A stretch of DNA of 64,000 bases from Pavona decussata (Eukaryota). Positions within the stretch are counted from its first letter, which is position 1. Each line of letters opens with the position of its first letter. Below are positions 61,508 through 64,000 of this stretch, in pieces. The notes under the pieces were generated by a model that did not search any database, was not told where the DNA came from, and was given only the letters and a program-made list of their open reading frames with translations. A program made the translations under genes and the position numbers. Where the stretch lies: NCBI GenBank assembly GCA_977016875.1, contig CDRNST010000118.1, positions 2,356,001-2,420,000 on the forward strand. Direction: 5' to 3'.

Positions 61508-64000
61508 ATGTCGGAAGAGATGTCTCACCGACGTGCTCTTCATTTTGTGTTTAAGGTTGGAAATAGAAACGGAACTGTGAAATTCTATCGCGAAATTCTT
61601 GGAATGAAGGTAAGAGATTAGAATGCATGTATTGATTCTTCTGAATAATGTATTCTTTAGGTAACATGGACCTGTGGTCACGCCTAGCCTTATTCAATAT
61701 TTCAGTCTTTAAACTCAAATGGAACCATTCATACTCAAGAAAAAAGAACCAGAAATAACATCCGAATGAAATTGAAAAAATAAAATATTAAATAATAGTG
61801 ATCGGCTCAAAAGGGTTTTTTTAGCCGCGTTGGTGTACGTGTAAGAAGACGCAATTAACACTGGAATTGAAAATGCATTTTGTGATTGCATGAACCGGAA
61901 ATAAAAGCTGCAGGACACCTTTATTTTTATCTCGAATTTTTGCATGGTTACCTATCTTGATTTTTTGCATGCATGCAACATATTCAGTAGAAACGTTTGG
62001 AACAAAGTTATCCAGTAGAATTTTCTGTAGGTGAAAAATGCCTTTTGTCATAATATAACTCATACACCGGAGACCTAAATTAAAAAACTGCCTTCTGAAT
62101 GAAGTTCAGTTCACTGTTCTTATTACTATTAAGGCTGATTTAGACGGTACAACTTTTGCTTACGACTGTCGCTTGCGATTTCTAGAGCATGCGCTGCTTG
62201 AGTCATGCAAAAAATCGCACACAACTCTCGTCATTCAACATTGCCTATACCTTCGATTGTCATAAGTTTTTAAAACATGTTTTAAAATCCTACGACATTT
62301 TTTATGATGTACACAACAGTCGTAGGCGAGTTGTAGGTTTGATTTACACGAAACAATTTGTGCCTTAGGCCTGTTGTAAGCTTGTTAATAATAATAATAA
62401 CATTTAGTGTTGCATGCGACAAGGTCATACCTTGTAAATCGCCCTTATATAGTCCTTAATAATCTTTTTAGACCAGTACTCCTATATATGTCAACTCTCA
62501 GTCAAAACCTCTTGTAAAATTGTGGAGTGATATTAACTATTGTAAATAGTTAATTTATTAACAACCTTTCAATATCATGCACACTATTCTGGCATGCGCA
62601 TGGGAGGAAGGGATGGCATTGTGGAGTATGCATTCTTGTCATGCCTTCAGCTGGGTTGTTATGGAGACTGTTACACAAATCCACTTTGGCTTCAAGTCTG
62701 TTAAGGTAGATCACATTTGATGAAGCATTTTGCTGCCTGGTGACTGTTTTCAATTTATTACTGTTTTGTATTTTAGGTTTTACGCCATGAAGAATTTGAG
62801 GAGGGCTGCAAAGCATCATGTAATGGGTATATAAAAACATTTACCTTGAATTTAATACCTCAGTGCCTTAAGTTATAACATTGCATGATTTCCTAATTTG
62901 TCAGTGAAGCATTCTGATGATGTTGTTTGTTGACCTACGTTAAATTCTTTTTCTCATTAATTTGTTTGGGTTCTTTGAAAAAAACTTCTCACAAATCATA
63001 GCTATAAATAGACCTACATAATGTACCTGAGTTGTGTGTGTTGACAAACATGGAATTGAAGCAAATTCTAGGATAGTTGCTTTCAGCTATCCTAACAACA
63101 ATGTCCTTTAGATTTTTAAGATAACCAAACATGGTCACCGGTAGGAAACATTACTAACATACTTTGGTCTCTCTGAATACTACCTCAGATAGCACAAGAG
63201 GTGTAAAAATTGTTTTGTGAAATAAACTCATAACATATTAACAAATTATCTCTTTCGGCCTGTAGTGAGCCCATTATTTAAGTGACTGTCATCAGTAACT
63301 TGTCCTTACAATGTCACTACTTGATCAAAGACAAGTCAAATAGCCCACTTTGAAAATGAGTGATGGCCTGGGTCGAGAGTAACTGCCCAAGCGATTGTGG
63401 GATTGTTTGGGGGGGGGGGGGGGGAGATGCTGAATGCGAAGATAATAGCCAACGTCTCCCAAAACCTTCCCACAATTGCTTGGGCAGCTATTCTTGACCC
63501 AGGCTATCACTCTTTTTCAAGGTGGGCTATTCTCCTTGCTTATGAAGTACCATTATAATAAATATACAGGAAGCAGTACTGTGGAGAATATTTCTGTTGA
63601 TATGAGGGCTTAACTTATTAGTGTGTTTTTTATATTCTTAATATTGAACGGCAGGGGTCGTAAAGGGCTTAATTATATTTCAAACTTTAGCTTGATTGTT
63701 AGGTTTTATCAAAGATATAAATTTCTCAAATGAACTGTCATTAAAGCCTGATATCCCAGTATGAGGGCAATACAAAGAAAAGAAATGTTTAATTTTAGAT
63801 TTTCTTTGGATTGCCGTCTTGTGTGGAATGTGGCCCGGGAAAGTTCATTTCAAGGAACTTACATCCATTCTGCAGCAAAATTTGGTCATTTTTACGATGA
63901 ATACTTTCTTTATTGTCAGACCTTATGATGGGAAATGGAGTAAAACCATGGCTGGGTTCGGATCTGAGGATGATCACTTTGTGGTTGAACTGACGTACAA
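61508..64000 (+). CDS. GLOD4: Glyoxalase domain-containing protein 4, 5' part; exons 61508 (or 61520)-61609, 62777-62826, 63920->64000
   Basis: The spliced translation [30 protein letters not shown]|[17 protein letters not shown]|[26 protein letters not shown] matches the GLOD4 N-terminus. GT-AG junctions are in phase. The ORF track misses it because the exons are short. Confidence 0.93.
62131..62446. mobile_element. Degenerate MITE in GLOD4 intron 1
   Basis: aaggctgatttagacggtac ... ataccttgtaaatcgccctt imperfect TIRs in a TAA/TTA context. Confidence 0.55.

Overview
AT-rich animal genomic DNA with GT-AG introns. A stony coral or other cnidarian is inferred from the GPCR family and repeat types, not proven. 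The left ~47 kb is a recently and repeatedly duplicated region. It holds a minus-strand array of intronless class A GPCRs (5 intact ORFs, 2 pseudogenes), two orphan copies of the last exon of a flavin-containing monooxygenase, copy-specific MITE insertions, and a near full-length but frameshifted RTE-clade LINE whose empty site survives in a paralogous copy. The right ~18 kb holds two head-to-head gene pairs separated by a 334-N gap. The first pair is FMO (-, 3 exons, 534 aa) and SHPK (+, 4 exons, 481 aa), with start codons 152 bp apart. The second is a predicted 531-aa RING-like + NYN(LabA/PIN) nuclease + 2xCCCH + CCHC protein (-) and GLOD4 (+, runs off the window end). The most interesting items are this RING-NYN-zinc-finger protein and the patchwork diversification of the GPCR array. 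All exon models and alignments were made by eye from motifs and splice phases; no database searches were run.
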